Shown here: positions 9,411 through 19,246 of the stretch, one piece after another
Layout of the letters: each line of letters begins with the position of its first letter
Numbering within the stretch: position 1 is the first letter of the stretch
From: Candidatus Methylomirabilia bacterium
Lineage (GTDB): Bacteria > Methylomirabilota > Methylomirabilia > Rokubacteriales > CSP1-6
Assembly: GCA_041484965.1 (NCBI GenBank)
Contig: JBGPIS010000001.1
Span: 1-30,827, forward strand
DNA length: 30,827 nt
Reading direction: 5' to 3'
Made by a program: the position numbers and the translations under genes
The notes under the pieces: model-generated
Seen by the model: only the letters and a program-made list of their open reading frames with translations
Databases searched by the model: none
What the model was told of the DNA's origin: nothing

Positions 9411-11286
9411 TCGTCTGAGCTCCTTGGGGACCGGGAGTCCCGTTGTCGAGCGACTGGGCGACGCCACCCGTGATCCCGTACACCGCGGCGCTCTCCTGAT
9501 GGAGCGCCCGCAACTCGTCGGTCGCCGTCACCGCCGCGCCGGTCTTGGCCTGGACGTCTGCGATGGACTGGCTCACCTCGCGCGCCCGCCGGAGCCGCTG
9601 GCTGCGCTCGAGCCGCTTCTGGAACTGTTCGATGCTAACCCGGACGTCAAGCGAGAGGAACTCGTCGACGAGCAGCGCGGCCAGGACCGAGCGCGCCTCG
9701 TCGGTGGGGATGTCGGTCATGAGGCTCTCCGCGGGCGCCTCGGGCCGGAGCTTGAGCGTCGCTACGATTGCGCGGAGCGGGACATGGCCGACGTCCTCGG
9801 CCTCCGCGATCATCGACAGGAGCGCCTGGCGCGCCTCCATCGAGTGGAGGAGCAGCACGACCAGGTCGCGCTCGACGGAGGGCGGCCCCGAGGGCGCCGC
9901 GCCCGTCCGCGCCGGGGCGGGCACCAGCGGCCTCCGGAGGGAGGCCTGGAGCCGCTGGGCCTCGATCCAGAGCTGGGTCGCGTCCACGCCCAGCTTGGTG
10001 GCGGCTTCGCGCGAGAGCGCGGTCGCCTCCTGGGCGTCGCCCACCTTCGCGAGCAGGAGCGCCGCGCGGGCGAACGCGTTGGCTCGCGCGCGCGGGCCGG
10101 TCGCGCCCGCGGGGTCGGTGATCGCGCGGTCGAGGGCATAGGCGAGGAGGCTCCGCGCGGCCGCGACGCGCTCCTCGAAGGCGGCGTCGCCATACGCTCT
10201 CAAGAACGTGTCGGGGTCGTGGCCGGCCGGCAACAGCGCCACCCGGAGTCGCAGCGCGCCCCCACCCTCGAAGGCGCCGCTGCGGTTGACGCTCCACGCG
10301 AGGCCGCCGCCCGTCGGCTCGAGCAGCTCCTCGGCACGCTCGGCCGCCTTCTGCCCGGCCGCGTCGGCGTCGAAGAAGAGGACCGCCTCATCGCAATACC
10401 GCCTGAGGAGGCCGAGCTGTGCCTGCGTGAAGGCGGTGCCCAGCGCGGCGACCGTCTCGGTGAAGCCGTGCTGGTGGGCCATGAGGCAGTCCACGTAGCC
10501 CTCGACGAGCAGCGCGCGGTTCTTCGTCTGGATCGCCGGGCGCGCGACGTCCGCGGCATAGAGGAGGTTGCCCTTGGTGTAGAGCGGTGTCTCGGGCGAG
10601 TTCAGGTACTTCGGCTGCTCGTCACCGAACGCGCGCCCCCCGAAGGCCACGACCCGGCCCTGGAGGTCGCGGATTGCGAAGAGGAGCCGGCCACGGAAGC
10701 GGTCGTAGACGCCGGTGCGGTTCTCGCGCTGGATCGCGAGCCCCGCGGCGACGAGCGCGTCCTCGGCGACCTTCTCGGACCGCATGTGGCTGAGCAGCGC
10801 GTCCCAGGCCTCGGGGGCCAGACCGAGGCCGAAGCGCCGGGCGATCTCGGGATCGATTCCGCGCCCCGCGAGGTAGGCGCGCGCGCGCGCGCCGGCCGGC
10901 AGCCAGAGCTGCTCCGCGTAGAACCGCGCGGCCAGCTCCATCACGCGCAGCAGCTCCTCGCGGGCGCCCTCGCCCGGCTGGCCGCCGCGCTCCTCGGGGA
11001 GCGCCACGCCCGCCTGCCTGGCGAGCGCGCGGACGGCCTCGGGGAACGAGAGCTTGTCCTGGCGCATGAGGAAGCCGAACGCGTCGCCGCCGACGCCGCA
11101 GCCGAAGCAGTGGAAGATCCCCTTCTTCGGATTGACCATGAACGACGGCGTCTTCTCCACGTGGAAGGGGCAGAGGCCCTTCCAGTTCGCGCCGGCCTTC
11201 CGGAGGTTCACGAATCGGCTGACGAGATCGACGACGTCCACGGCGGCCCGGATATCGTCGAGGACCGCCTGGGAGTATGACGCCAT
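9403..11286 (-). CDS. dnaG: DNA primase
   Basis: [17 protein letters not shown] zinc finger, [20 protein letters not shown] and FDAD, HDPD. Overlaps the rpoD start by 8 nt. Confidence 0.97.
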
Positions 11287-11311
11287 CAGCGGATTCTCCA
11301 GGCGGTGGGCA

Positions 11312-13681
11312 TCAGCTGACCTTTAGCGCGGCGACGGTCGCGCCCGTGCCGCCCTCGGAGGGCGCGCCGTCGCGGAACGACTCGACGAGCGGGTGCACCG
11401 CAAGCAGATCGCGCACCGTCTTCCTGAGCGCGCCGGTGCCCTTGCCGTGCACGAGGCGCACGGTGGCGAGCCCCGCGAGGAACGCGTCGTCGAGATAGTG
11501 CTCGACGCGGTCGCGCGCCTCGTCGGTGGTCTGGCCGATCAGGCGGAGCTCGGGGGCGACCGCGGACTTCTCCGGCAGGGTGATCCGCGCGCGCGGCGCC
11601 GGAGGGCCTTGAGCGACGATCGGGGTCAGCGCCTGGAGGGGCACGCGCACGGTGAAGGTTCCCGACCGTACCGTCGCGGTCGTCCCGGCGATCGCGAGCA
11701 GCTCGCCGCGGATCCCGAGGTGCTCCGCCGCGACCGTCGCCCCGGGCGCGAGCTCGGCCGGGGCGCTCGACGCCGGGGCGGGGGCGATCGCGTCGACGCG
11801 CGCGGCCGCCTCTCGGACGCGCCGCCGGCTCTCCTCGAGCGACGGGCGGGAGCGCTCGGCGCGCTTGAGCTTGTCCCACTCGGAGGCGAGGGCGCGGCGG
11901 ATGTCGGTCAGCAGCGTCGCGGCCTCGGCCTTCGCCCGCAGGACGATGGTCTGTGCCTTCCGTTCGGCGGCGGCCTCCGCTTCACGGGCGGCGGCCAGGC
12001 GGGCGGCGGCTTCGCTCTCGCGGCGCTCCATGGCGATCGTGCGCTCCGCCTCGCTGCGCGTGTGCGCGTCGAGCCAGGCGATGAGCTCGCTCATCCGCGC
12101 GGCATCCTTCGAGCGGTGGGCCTCGGCGCGCGCGATCAGCTCGGGCGTGAGCCCGAGCCGCGCGGCGATGGTCAGCGCGTAGCTCTGGCCCGGGTGACCG
12201 TAGCGCAGCCGGAAGGTCGGCGCGAGCGTCGCCGTGTCGAACTCGACGGCGGCGTTGCGCGCGCGGGGATGCGTGGCGGCGAAGGCCTTGAGGGGCTCGA
12301 GGTGCGTCGTGGCGATGACGAGCGCGCCGCGCTCGGCGAGCTCCTCGAGGATCGCCTGGGCCAGCGCCGCGCCCTCGTCGGGGTCGGTGCCGGCGCCCAG
12401 CTCGTCGAGGAGGACGAGCGAGTGCTCGCCCGCCGCCTCCAGGACCTCACGGACCTGCTTCACGAACGCCGAGAAGGTCGAAAGGTTCTCCGCCACCGAC
12501 TGGTCGTCGCCGATGATCGCGTGGAGGTCGGTGAAGACCGGCAGGCGCGAGCCCTCGTCGGCCGGCACGTGGCAGCCGACCTGGGTCATCAGCGCGAGCA
12601 GCGCCGCGGTCTTCAGCGCGATCGTCTTGCCGCCGGCGTTCGGTCCGGTGATGACGAGCAGCGGGCGGTCGGCCGTGAGCTCGATGTCCACCGGGATGAC
12701 GGGCTTGGCCGGGTCCTTCCAGCTTTGGGCGAGCAGCAGCGGGTGGCGGGCGTTCCTGAGCGAGACGGTCCGGCCGGTGTCGATGACCGGCAGGGTCGCG
12801 CCCATCAGCTCGGCGGCGGCCGCGCGCGCGAAGACCCAGTCGAGCTCGCCGATCGCCGCCACGAGCCGGGCGAGATCGTCCGACCGCTCGCGCACGGCGT
12901 CGCTCAGCGCGGCGAGGATGCGCGCGGTCTCGTGCTCCTCCTCGCGCACGGCTTGCACGAGGTCGTTGTTGGCCTCGACGACGTGCTCGGGCTCGACGAA
13001 GAGCGTCTGGCCGCTCTGCGAGCGGTCGTGGACGATCCCGCGGACGCGGGCCCGCGCCTCGGCCCGGACGGGGAGGACGTAGCGCCCGTGGCGGATCGTG
13101 ACGTAGCGGTCGGTGAAGAGCCGCTCGGCCTCGCTCCCCTGGAGGGCGCGCTCGAGCTCGGTGGCGAGGCGCCGGCGCCGCTCGCGGATCTCGCGCCGCA
13201 GGCGCTTGAGCGGCGGACTCGCGTCGTCGACGACGGCGCCTGCATCGTCGAGCGCGCCGCGCAGCCGGTCGCTGAGCTCGGGCATTCGCGGCAGCGAGTC
13301 GGTGAGCGTGGCCAGGTCGGGGCTCGCCGGCCGGACGGACTTGCCGTAGGCGATGAGCCGGGGACCCGCTTCGACCAGGGGGATGATCTGGACGAGCTCC
13401 CCGCCGTCGAGAACGCTGCCTGCCACGGCGCAGCGGTCGAGGACGGGGCGGATGTCGGGAGCGCTCTCGAGGGGGAGGGGCCCGGAGGTGGCCAGCGCCA
13501 GCCGGGCCTGGCGCGTCAGCTCGAGAGCGGCCTGGACGTCGCGGGGGTCGAAGAGCGGCTCCGCCGCCGCCGCCCGTTCGCGCCCCATCTCGGTTTGCGC
13601 TTCGTGAGCGAGGAGCGCGCGTACGGTGCTCCACTCGGTGCCGCGCTCCCAGGTACGGCCGGCCTCCATCCTTTGCCTCAT
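11312..13681 (-). CDS. mutS2: MutS2 (endonuclease / ribosome-splitting ATPase with Smr domain)
   Basis: GIVHDRSQSGQTLFVEP, ITGPNAGGKT, QSVAENLSTFS, LLDELGAGTDPDEG, TTH. C-terminal Smr VHGKGTGALR..EGGTGAT. Confidence 0.96.
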   Translation of the reverse strand: MRQRMEAGRTWERGTEWSTVRALLAHEAQTEMGRERAAAAEPLFDPRDVQAALELTRQARLALATSGPLPLESAPDIRPVLDRCAVAGSVLDGGELVQIIPLVEAGPRLIAYGKSVRPASPDLATLTDSLPRMPELSDRLRGALDDAGAVVDDASPPLKRLRREIRERRRRLATELERALQGSEAERLFTDRYVTIRHGRYVLPVRAEARARVRGIVHDRSQSGQTLFVEPEHVVEANNDLVQAVREEEHETARILAALSDAVRERSDDLARLVAAIGELDWVFARAAAAELMGATLPVIDTGRTVSLRNARHPLLLAQSWKDPAKPVIPVDIELTADRPLLVITGPNAGGKTIALKTAALLALMTQVGCHVPADEGSRLPVFTDLHAIIGDDQSVAENLSTFSAFVKQVREVLEAAGEHSLVLLDELGAGTDPDEGAALAQAILEELAERGALVIATTHLEPLKAFAATHPRARNAAVEFDTATLAPTFRLRYGHPGQSYALTIAARLGLTPELIARAEAHRSKDAARMSELIAWLDAHTRSEAERTIAMERRESEAAARLAAAREAEAAAERKAQTIVLRAKAEAATLLTDIRRALASEWDKLKRAERSRPSLEESRRRVREAAARVDAIAPAPASSAPAELAPGATVAAEHLGIRGELLAIAGTTATVRSGTFTVRVPLQALTPIVAQGPPAPRARITLPEKSAVAPELRLIGQTTDEARDRVEHYLDDAFLAGLATVRLVHGKGTGALRKTVRDLLAVHPLVESFRDGAPSEGGTGATVAALKVS

Positions 13682-13735
13682 TCGCTCCCGCTCTGGATCA
13701 CGGGAGTGCCGGCGGCGCGTCCAGGAGTGTGGCGG

Positions 13736-13807
13736 CTAATCGGATATCCGTTCCCGCCGCGTGGCCTTCTTGCGAGCCGCGAGGGCTTTGCGCTTCCGCT
13801 GGGTCAC
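13736..13807 (-). CDS. rpsU: 23-aa bS21 (rpsU) C-terminal-like peptide; truncated gene or pseudogene
   Basis: GGAGGGGGGAG SD, then GTG ACC CAG CGG AAG CGC AAA GCC CTC GCG GCT CGC AAG AAG..TAG = MTQRKRKALAARKKATRRERISD, matching the KRKxKAxAARKR tail of bS21. Sits at the head of mutS2-dnaG-rpoD. Confidence 0.65.
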   Translation of the reverse strand: MTQRKRKALAARKKATRRERISD

Positions 13808-13847
13808 CCTGCTCCCCCCTCCGGGACGCCACCCGCTGGATAAAAAG

Positions 13848-13860
13848 CAACTATATACCA
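13848..13860 (-). promoter_or_regulatory. Putative -10 region for the rpsU-like/mutS2/dnaG/rpoD transcript
   Basis: AT-rich TGGTATATAGTTG on the minus strand (TATATA or TATAGT) in an otherwise very GC-rich context. Confidence 0.5.
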
Positions 13861-13893
13861 TGCGACCCACCGTCGGGCAATCGAGCCGGGCCC

Positions 13894-13902
13894 TGCTATA
13901 CT
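13894..13902 (+). promoter_or_regulatory. Putative extended -10 (TGcTATACT) for the antiporter
   Basis: TGnTATACT lies 40 nt upstream of the GTG at 13943. Confidence 0.55.
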
Positions 13903-13942
13903 CGCCCGGCGCGACGCCGGACCCCGGGGGGGACGCTCGACC

Positions 13943-15184
13943 GTGACGACCGCCGGCCCACTGCCTGTTTCCACCGTCCTGCCGTTCGTCGCCATGTTGC
14001 TCGCGATCGCGATCTGCCCGCTCTGGGTGGCGCACTGGTGGGAGTCGAACCGCAACAAGTTCGTCGTCTCGGCGGTGCTGGGCCTGCCGATCCTCGTGCT
14101 GTACCTCGTCCGCGAACCCGGCGCGCTCGTCGGGATGGCCGGGGAATACGTCTCGTTCATCCTGCTGCTCGCGGCCCTGTACGTGATCTCGGGCGGTATC
14201 CTCCTGCGCGGCGACCTCGCCGCGACGCCGCTCGTGAACACCACGTTCCTCGCGGTGGGCGCGGGGCTCGCCTCGTTGATCGGCACCACCGGCGCCTCGA
14301 TGCTCCTGATCCGCGCGCTGCTCCAGACCAACCGCGAGCGCACCCAAGTCAAGCACACCGTCATCTTCTTCATCTTCCTCGTCTCGAACATCGGCGGCCT
14401 GCTGACCCCGCTCGGCGACCCGCCGCTCTTCCTGGGCTACCTCCAGGGCGTCCCGTTCGTCTGGACGCTCCGGCTCTGGCCGCAATGGCTCCTGATGGTC
14501 GGCGTGCTCCTGGTGACGTACTTCGTCTGGGACACGGCGCTCTACACGCGCGAGCCGCTGGCGGCGATCCGCCGTGACCGGGCGCAGGTCGAGCCGCTGC
14601 GGATCCGCGGTCGCCTGAACGCGCTCTGGCTCGGCGGCGTCGTCCTCGCGGTCGCGTTCCTGCACGCGCCGTGGCGCGAGGCCGTCATGGTGGCCCTGGC
14701 CGCCGTCTCCGTCTGGCGGACGCCGCGCGAGCTCCGTCGCGCCAACGGCTTCACCGCCTACCCGATCGTCGAGGTGGCGGTGCTCTTCTTCGGGATCTTC
14801 CTCACGATGCTCCCCGCGCTCGAGCTCCTGCGGCTCCGGGGCGGTGAGCTCGGCGTGCGCGAGCCGTGGCAGTTCTTCTGGGCGTCGGGCACGCTCTCGT
14901 CGTTCCTCGACAACGCTCCCACGTACCTCACGTTCCTGGCGCTCGGGCAGGGGCTCGGCCTCGCGAAGGAGGTCGCCGGAGTCCCCGAGGCGATTCTGGC
15001 CGGGATCAGCGTCGGGTCGGTCGCGATGGGCGCGAACTCCTACATCGGCAACGCACCGAACTTCATGGTGAAGTCCATCGCGGAGGAGCAGGGCGTGAAG
15101 ATGCCGAGCTTCTTCGGCTACATGCTCTATAGCGGGCTCGTCCTGATCCCGCTGTTCATCATTGTGACCGTCGTCTTCTTCTAG
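13943..15184 (+). CDS. Ion transporter superfamily membrane protein (putative Na+/H+ antiporter / CitMHS-like)
   Basis: About 11-12 hydrophobic segments. IGTTGASMLLIR, SNIGGLLTPLGDPPLFLGYL, SSFLDNAPTYLTF, YIGNAPNFMVKSIAE. Confidence 0.85.
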   Translation: MTTAGPLPVSTVLPFVAMLLAIAICPLWVAHWWESNRNKFVVSAVLGLPILVLYLVREPGALVGMAGEYVSFILLLAALYVISGGILLRGDLAATPLVNTTFLAVGAGLASLIGTTGASMLLIRALLQTNRERTQVKHTVIFFIFLVSNIGGLLTPLGDPPLFLGYLQGVPFVWTLRLWPQWLLMVGVLLVTYFVWDTALYTREPLAAIRRDRAQVEPLRIRGRLNALWLGGVVLAVAFLHAPWREAVMVALAAVSVWRTPRELRRANGFTAYPIVEVAVLFFGIFLTMLPALELLRLRGGELGVREPWQFFWASGTLSSFLDNAPTYLTFLALGQGLGLAKEVAGVPEAILAGISVGSVAMGANSYIGNAPNFMVKSIAEEQGVKMPSFFGYMLYSGLVLIPLFIIVTVVFF

Positions 15185-15741
15185 CGGGACACCTCGACGA
15201 TCAGCGAGAGGACGCGCTCGGCCGCCTGGGCCACGGCGGCGTCCACCGCCGGCAGCTCGTCCGTCTCGAAGGGCGTGAGCACGTGGTCGGGGACGTCGCC
15301 CCTCCGGTCCGGCCGGCCGACGCCCACCTTCACGCGGCGGATCTCCGAGGTGCCGAGGCTCTCGATCACCGACCGCACGCCGTTGTGCCCGCCGTGGCTG
15401 CCCTTCATGCGCAGACGCACGGCGCCGAGGGGGAGGTCGATGTCGTCGTAGACGAGGACGAGGTCGGCGGGCCCGGCCCCGACGTGGCGGAGCGCCTTCG
15501 CGACCACCGGGCCGCAGACGTTCATGAACGCGAGCGGCTTGACGAGACGAACCGTTTCGCCGCGCCACTGCCCCTGGGCCACGAGCGCCTGCCCCTCGCG
15601 GCGCCAGGGTTTCCTGAGCATCTGGGCGAGCAGGTCGAGGACGCGCTGGCCCACGTTGTGGCGTGTGTCCCGGTACTCCGGCCCGGGGTTGCCGAGCCCG
15701 ATCACCACTCGGCCGGATCCCCGGCCTTGCGCGTGGGCCAC
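15181..15741 (-). CDS. pth: Peptidyl-tRNA hydrolase
   Basis: IGLGNPGPEYRDTRHNVG, KPLAFMN, YDDIDLP, SHGGHNG. Follows rplY. Confidence 0.96.
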   Translation of the reverse strand: MAHAQGRGSGRVVIGLGNPGPEYRDTRHNVGQRVLDLLAQMLRKPWRREGQALVAQGQWRGETVRLVKPLAFMNVCGPVVAKALRHVGAGPADLVLVYDDIDLPLGAVRLRMKGSHGGHNGVRSVIESLGTSEIRRVKVGVGRPDRRGDVPDHVLTPFETDELPAVDAAVAQAAERVLSLIVEVSR

Positions 15742-15756
15742 GCGGCCAGCGCTCCG

Positions 15757-16479
15757 CTACTTTTCCTTCTCGGCCTTCTCGGCCTTCTCGGGCTTCTTCG
15801 CCTTCTTGCCTTCCTCGGGCGCCGACTCCTCTTCTTTGGGCTTGCGCTCGGTGAGAACCTCGGGCTCCAAGACTGCGGCCGCAGCCTCCGGCGCGACCAC
15901 CGGCGCTTCCTCCGCCATCGGCGGCACCACCGTCGCGACGGCCTGGCCCGCGGGCGTCAGGATCCGTACGCCTGCGGGCGCCTGGAGCTGGCCCACGGTC
16001 AGCACGTTGCCGATCATGAGCGCCGTGACGTCGGCGTCGATGCGCTCGGGGATCGCGGCCGGCAGGCAGGAGACCTCGAGCTCGTGGAGCACCTGGTTCA
16101 GAATGCCCTGCTGGTCCTTCACGCCCGCGGCCTCGCCGACGGGCCGGACGGCCACCCGCACGGTGATCGTGCGGTCGGCGGCGACCTCCTGCAGATCGAC
16201 GTGGACGAGGTTCTCGCTGACGGGATCGAACTGGAGGGCGCGGATGATGGCCATCCGCGCCCCGCCGGCCTGCTCGCCGTCGAACCTGAGCGTGAGCAGC
16301 TGCGTGGTGCCCTCGCGGCCGTGGATCATGCGGAGGACCGCCTTCGGATCCACCGTGACCGGCTCGGCCTTGGCGCCGCCGTAGAGGATCGCGGGCACCC
16401 GGCCCTCGCGGCGCAGGCGCTTGGCGACCTGCTTGCCGGTCGCCTCGCGCCGCGTGATCGTCAACTCCTGCATCTCCAT
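15757..16479 (-). CDS. rplY: 50S ribosomal protein bL25 (Ctc/TL5 long form)
   Basis: GK..AKRLRREGRVPAILYGG, QFDPVSENLVHVDL, GILNQ, IPERIDADV, plus an E/K-rich tail. Confidence 0.96.
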   Translation of the reverse strand: MEMQELTITRREATGKQVAKRLRREGRVPAILYGGAKAEPVTVDPKAVLRMIHGREGTTQLLTLRFDGEQAGGARMAIIRALQFDPVSENLVHVDLQEVAADRTITVRVAVRPVGEAAGVKDQQGILNQVLHELEVSCLPAAIPERIDADVTALMIGNVLTVGQLQAPAGVRILTPAGQAVATVVPPMAEEAPVVAPEAAAAVLEPEVLTERKPKEEESAPEEGKKAKKPEKAEKAEKEK

Positions 16480-16508
16480 CGTCGGACTCCCTTCGGTGGC
16501 CTCGTAGT

Positions 16509-17450
16509 TCAGACGAACAGCGTCGAAACGGATTCTTCGTCGTGGATGCGCCGGATCGCTTCGCCGAGCAGCGGCGCCACGGAGAGCACGGTGACCCGCG
16601 CGGCGCGCTTCTCGGGCGAGACGGGGATCGAGTTGGTCACCACGACCTCCTCGAGCGGTGACGCGACGATGCGCTCGACGGCCGGGCCCGAGAGGACCGG
16701 GTGGACGCCGCAGGCGAGGATCCGGCGCGCGCCCTCGCGCGCGAGGGCGCCCACGGCTTGGACGAGCGTGCCCGCCGTATCGATCATGTCGTCGATCACG
16801 ACGGCGTCGTGGTCCTTGACGTCGCCGATCAGGTGCATCGCCACGGCCGCGTTCGGACCCTCGCGCCGCTTGTCGATGATCGCGAGCCCCGCGTTGAGCC
16901 GCTTGGCAATCGCGCGGGCCCGTTCCACGCCGCCCGCGTCGGGGGCGACGATGACGGGATCGTGGAGCTCCTTCTTGCGGAGGTAGTCGATCATCACCGC
17001 GGGCCCGGCGAACAGGTGGTCCACCGGCACGTTGAAGAAGCCCTGGATCTGACCGGCGTGGAGGTCGAGTGCCAGCACGCGGTCCACGCCCGCAGCCTCG
17101 AGGAGATCGGCGACGAGCTTGGCGCTGATCGGCATGCGCCCCTGCACCTTACGGTCCTGGCGCGCGTAGCCGTAGTAGGGGAGCACGGCCGTGATCCGGT
17201 GGGCCGACGCGCGCTTGAGCGCGTCGATCATGATCAGGAGCTCCATGAGCGTGTCGTTCACGGGCGGGCACGTCGGCTGGACGATGAAGACGTCGGTGCC
17301 GCGCACGTTCTCGTTGATCTGGACGAAGACTTCGCCGTCGGAGAAGCGGCTGACCTCCGCGTCCGTCAGCGGCAGGCGGAGGTACTGCGCGATCTCCTCG
17401 GCCAGCGGCCGGTTCGCGTTACCCGTGAGAAGCTTCAGCTCGTAGGTCAT
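16509..17450 (-). CDS. prs: Ribose-phosphate pyrophosphokinase
   Basis: [57 protein letters not shown] at 17450. Confidence 0.98.
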   Translation of the reverse strand: MTYELKLLTGNANRPLAEEIAQYLRLPLTDAEVSRFSDGEVFVQINENVRGTDVFIVQPTCPPVNDTLMELLIMIDALKRASAHRITAVLPYYGYARQDRKVQGRMPISAKLVADLLEAAGVDRVLALDLHAGQIQGFFNVPVDHLFAGPAVMIDYLRKKELHDPVIVAPDAGGVERARAIAKRLNAGLAIIDKRREGPNAAVAMHLIGDVKDHDAVVIDDMIDTAGTLVQAVGALAREGARRILACGVHPVLSGPAVERIVASPLEEVVVTNSIPVSPEKRAARVTVLSVAPLLGEAIRRIHDEESVSTLFV

Positions 17451-17471
17451 CGGCGCCTCTCGCTCAAGCTG

Positions 17472-17546
17472 TGGTTGGGGCGGGAGGATTCGAACCTCCG
17501 AATACGGGATCCAAAGTCCCGCGCCTTGCCGCTTGGCCACGCCCCA
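17472..17546 (-). tRNA. tRNA-Gln (TTG)
   Basis: TGGGGCG..GCCAAGCGGCAAGGC..CGGGA-CTTTGGA-TCCCG..GGTTCGAATCC..CGCCCCA-A-CCA. U1:A72 is the known bacterial GatCAB determinant. Classical ispE-tRNA-Gln-prs synteny. Confidence 0.96.
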
Positions 17547-17566
17547 TCGTTCGCTGCGTCCTCGTC

Positions 17567-18478
17567 CTACCCTCTGATTCGGATCGCCGGGCCGCGCAGG
17601 CTCCGGACGGCCCAGCAGGCCCACGACGCCCGCGCGACGCGCGCCCGGAGCTGCCGCGCGTGGTCGAACGAGCGCGCCACGCCGAACACCGTGAGCCCGC
17701 TGCCCGACATCGCCGCGCCGAGCGCCCCGGCCGCCAGGAGCGCGGCTTGCATTTGCGCCACCTGGCCGTGCGCCTGCGCCGCGACGCGCTCGAGCCCATT
17801 GTAGAGGCTCGCGGCGACCTTCGCCGGGCGGCGGCTTCGGAGCGCCGCCGCCATCTCGCGGGCCCGGCTGCCGTCAGAATACATCGAGGGCGTCACGCCC
17901 TCATACATCGTCGCGGTGCTCGCCCCCGCCCGCGGGTGGACGAGTACCAGCGCGAGCGCGCCCCCGGGGAGGGGCTCGAGCTGCTCGCCGCGGCCCGTTC
18001 CCAGCGCCGCGCCGCCCCGCAGGAAGAACGGTACGTCCATCCCGAGCGTGACGGCGACCTCGGCCAGGCGCGCCGCCGGCCACCGGAGCCCCCAGAGCCG
18101 GTTCAGCCCGACCAGCGTTGCCGCCGCGTCGGTCGACCCGCCGCCCAGGCCCGCCGCGACCGGGATGCGCTTGTCGAGCGTGATGCGCACGCCGCGGTCG
18201 ACGCCCGCCGCCTCCGCGAGCGCCCGCTCCGCTCTGAGGACGAGATTGGTCCCGTCCGTCGGGACGTCGGGGGCGGTCGCGCGAAGCTCGAGGCCGTCGG
18301 CGTCCTCGAGCACCAGGCGGTCGGACAAATCCACGGCCTGCAGAACCGTGGCGATCTCGTGATAACCGTCAGACCGCCTGCCCAGAACCTCCAGGACCAG
18401 GTTGATCTTGGCCCCGGCGCTGAGCACGAGGCGACGAGCAACCGCCGACCGCTTCGACAAGGCAGTGAAGCGTAGCAT
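17567..18478 (-). CDS. ispE: 4-diphosphocytidyl-2-C-methyl-D-erythritol kinase
   Basis: [49 protein letters not shown]. Confidence 0.96.
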   Translation of the reverse strand: MLRFTALSKRSAVARRLVLSAGAKINLVLEVLGRRSDGYHEIATVLQAVDLSDRLVLEDADGLELRATAPDVPTDGTNLVLRAERALAEAAGVDRGVRITLDKRIPVAAGLGGGSTDAAATLVGLNRLWGLRWPAARLAEVAVTLGMDVPFFLRGGAALGTGRGEQLEPLPGGALALVLVHPRAGASTATMYEGVTPSMYSDGSRAREMAAALRSRRPAKVAASLYNGLERVAAQAHGQVAQMQAALLAAGALGAAMSGSGLTVFGVARSFDHARQLRARVARASWACWAVRSLRGPAIRIRG

Positions 18479-18493
18479 GCCGAGCGGGGCGTT

Positions 18494-19246
18494 TCAACGG
18501 ATGCTCTGTATTTTCGCCCCTTTCGGGAGCGCCAGCGTGAAGCGTTCGGGGTCGATTCCGGCCCCCAGCACCACATTCCGGTAGGTCACGGACCCCGTGA
18601 CGTACTCGCCGGCGGCGCTGAAGTCGAAGCCCGCGGGGACGCCGCCGTCATGCCGGAAGGTGATCGTGACGGCGACCCGCCCGTCCCCGATCTCGAGCCG
18701 GCGGACGTCGCCGGTCTGGAGATCCATCCAGACTCGCTGGCGCTGGACGCCGCCGATCAGATTGAGTGACGGGCCCGTGCCGTCGGGCGGCAGGAGGTCG
18801 GCCACCCGCAAATCTCTGGGTTGCAGGACGTGGCCGGCGAGCACGGCGACGAGATCGCCGGCCTCCAGCGGCAGGCCGAGCACGCGGGCGATGGTCTCGG
18901 CGGTCGCGGGGCCCACCAGCGCTTCGTTCTTGGCCGCGTCGTAGGCGGTGAGCTGGCCGGCGTGCACGACGACCAGGTAGTAGGGCTGGCCGAACGGGGA
19001 GAGCGCCTCGAGGCGCAGCGAGTCCGGCCCCTGGACGAGCAGCGCGAAGGTCAGCCGTTGGCGCTCGCCGCCCTTCTGGACGGCGACGTCGGCGAGGGCG
19101 CGGAGATCGCTGAACTCGCGCAGGCGCTCGCCGAGGAGCTCGAGCGCGCGCCGGGCCTCAGCCTCCACGGGCTGGCGCGGCGGCGCGGTCGCGCAGCCCG
19201 CCAGGGCGAGGACCACGAGGAGACTACTGAGACGCCTTCGGGCCAC
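18494..19246 (-). CDS. Lipoprotein, LolB-like / DUF4292-like fold (putative)
   Basis: Lipobox LALAG|C after a basic N-terminus. LRLEALSPFGQP beta-rich pattern. Occupies the lolB position upstream of ispE. Confidence 0.65.
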   Translation of the reverse strand: MARRRLSSLLVVLALAGCATAPPRQPVEAEARRALELLGERLREFSDLRALADVAVQKGGERQRLTFALLVQGPDSLRLEALSPFGQPYYLVVVHAGQLTAYDAAKNEALVGPATAETIARVLGLPLEAGDLVAVLAGHVLQPRDLRVADLLPPDGTGPSLNLIGGVQRQRVWMDLQTGDVRRLEIGDGRVAVTITFRHDGGVPAGFDFSAAGEYVTGSVTYRNVVLGAGIDPERFTLALPKGAKIQSIR

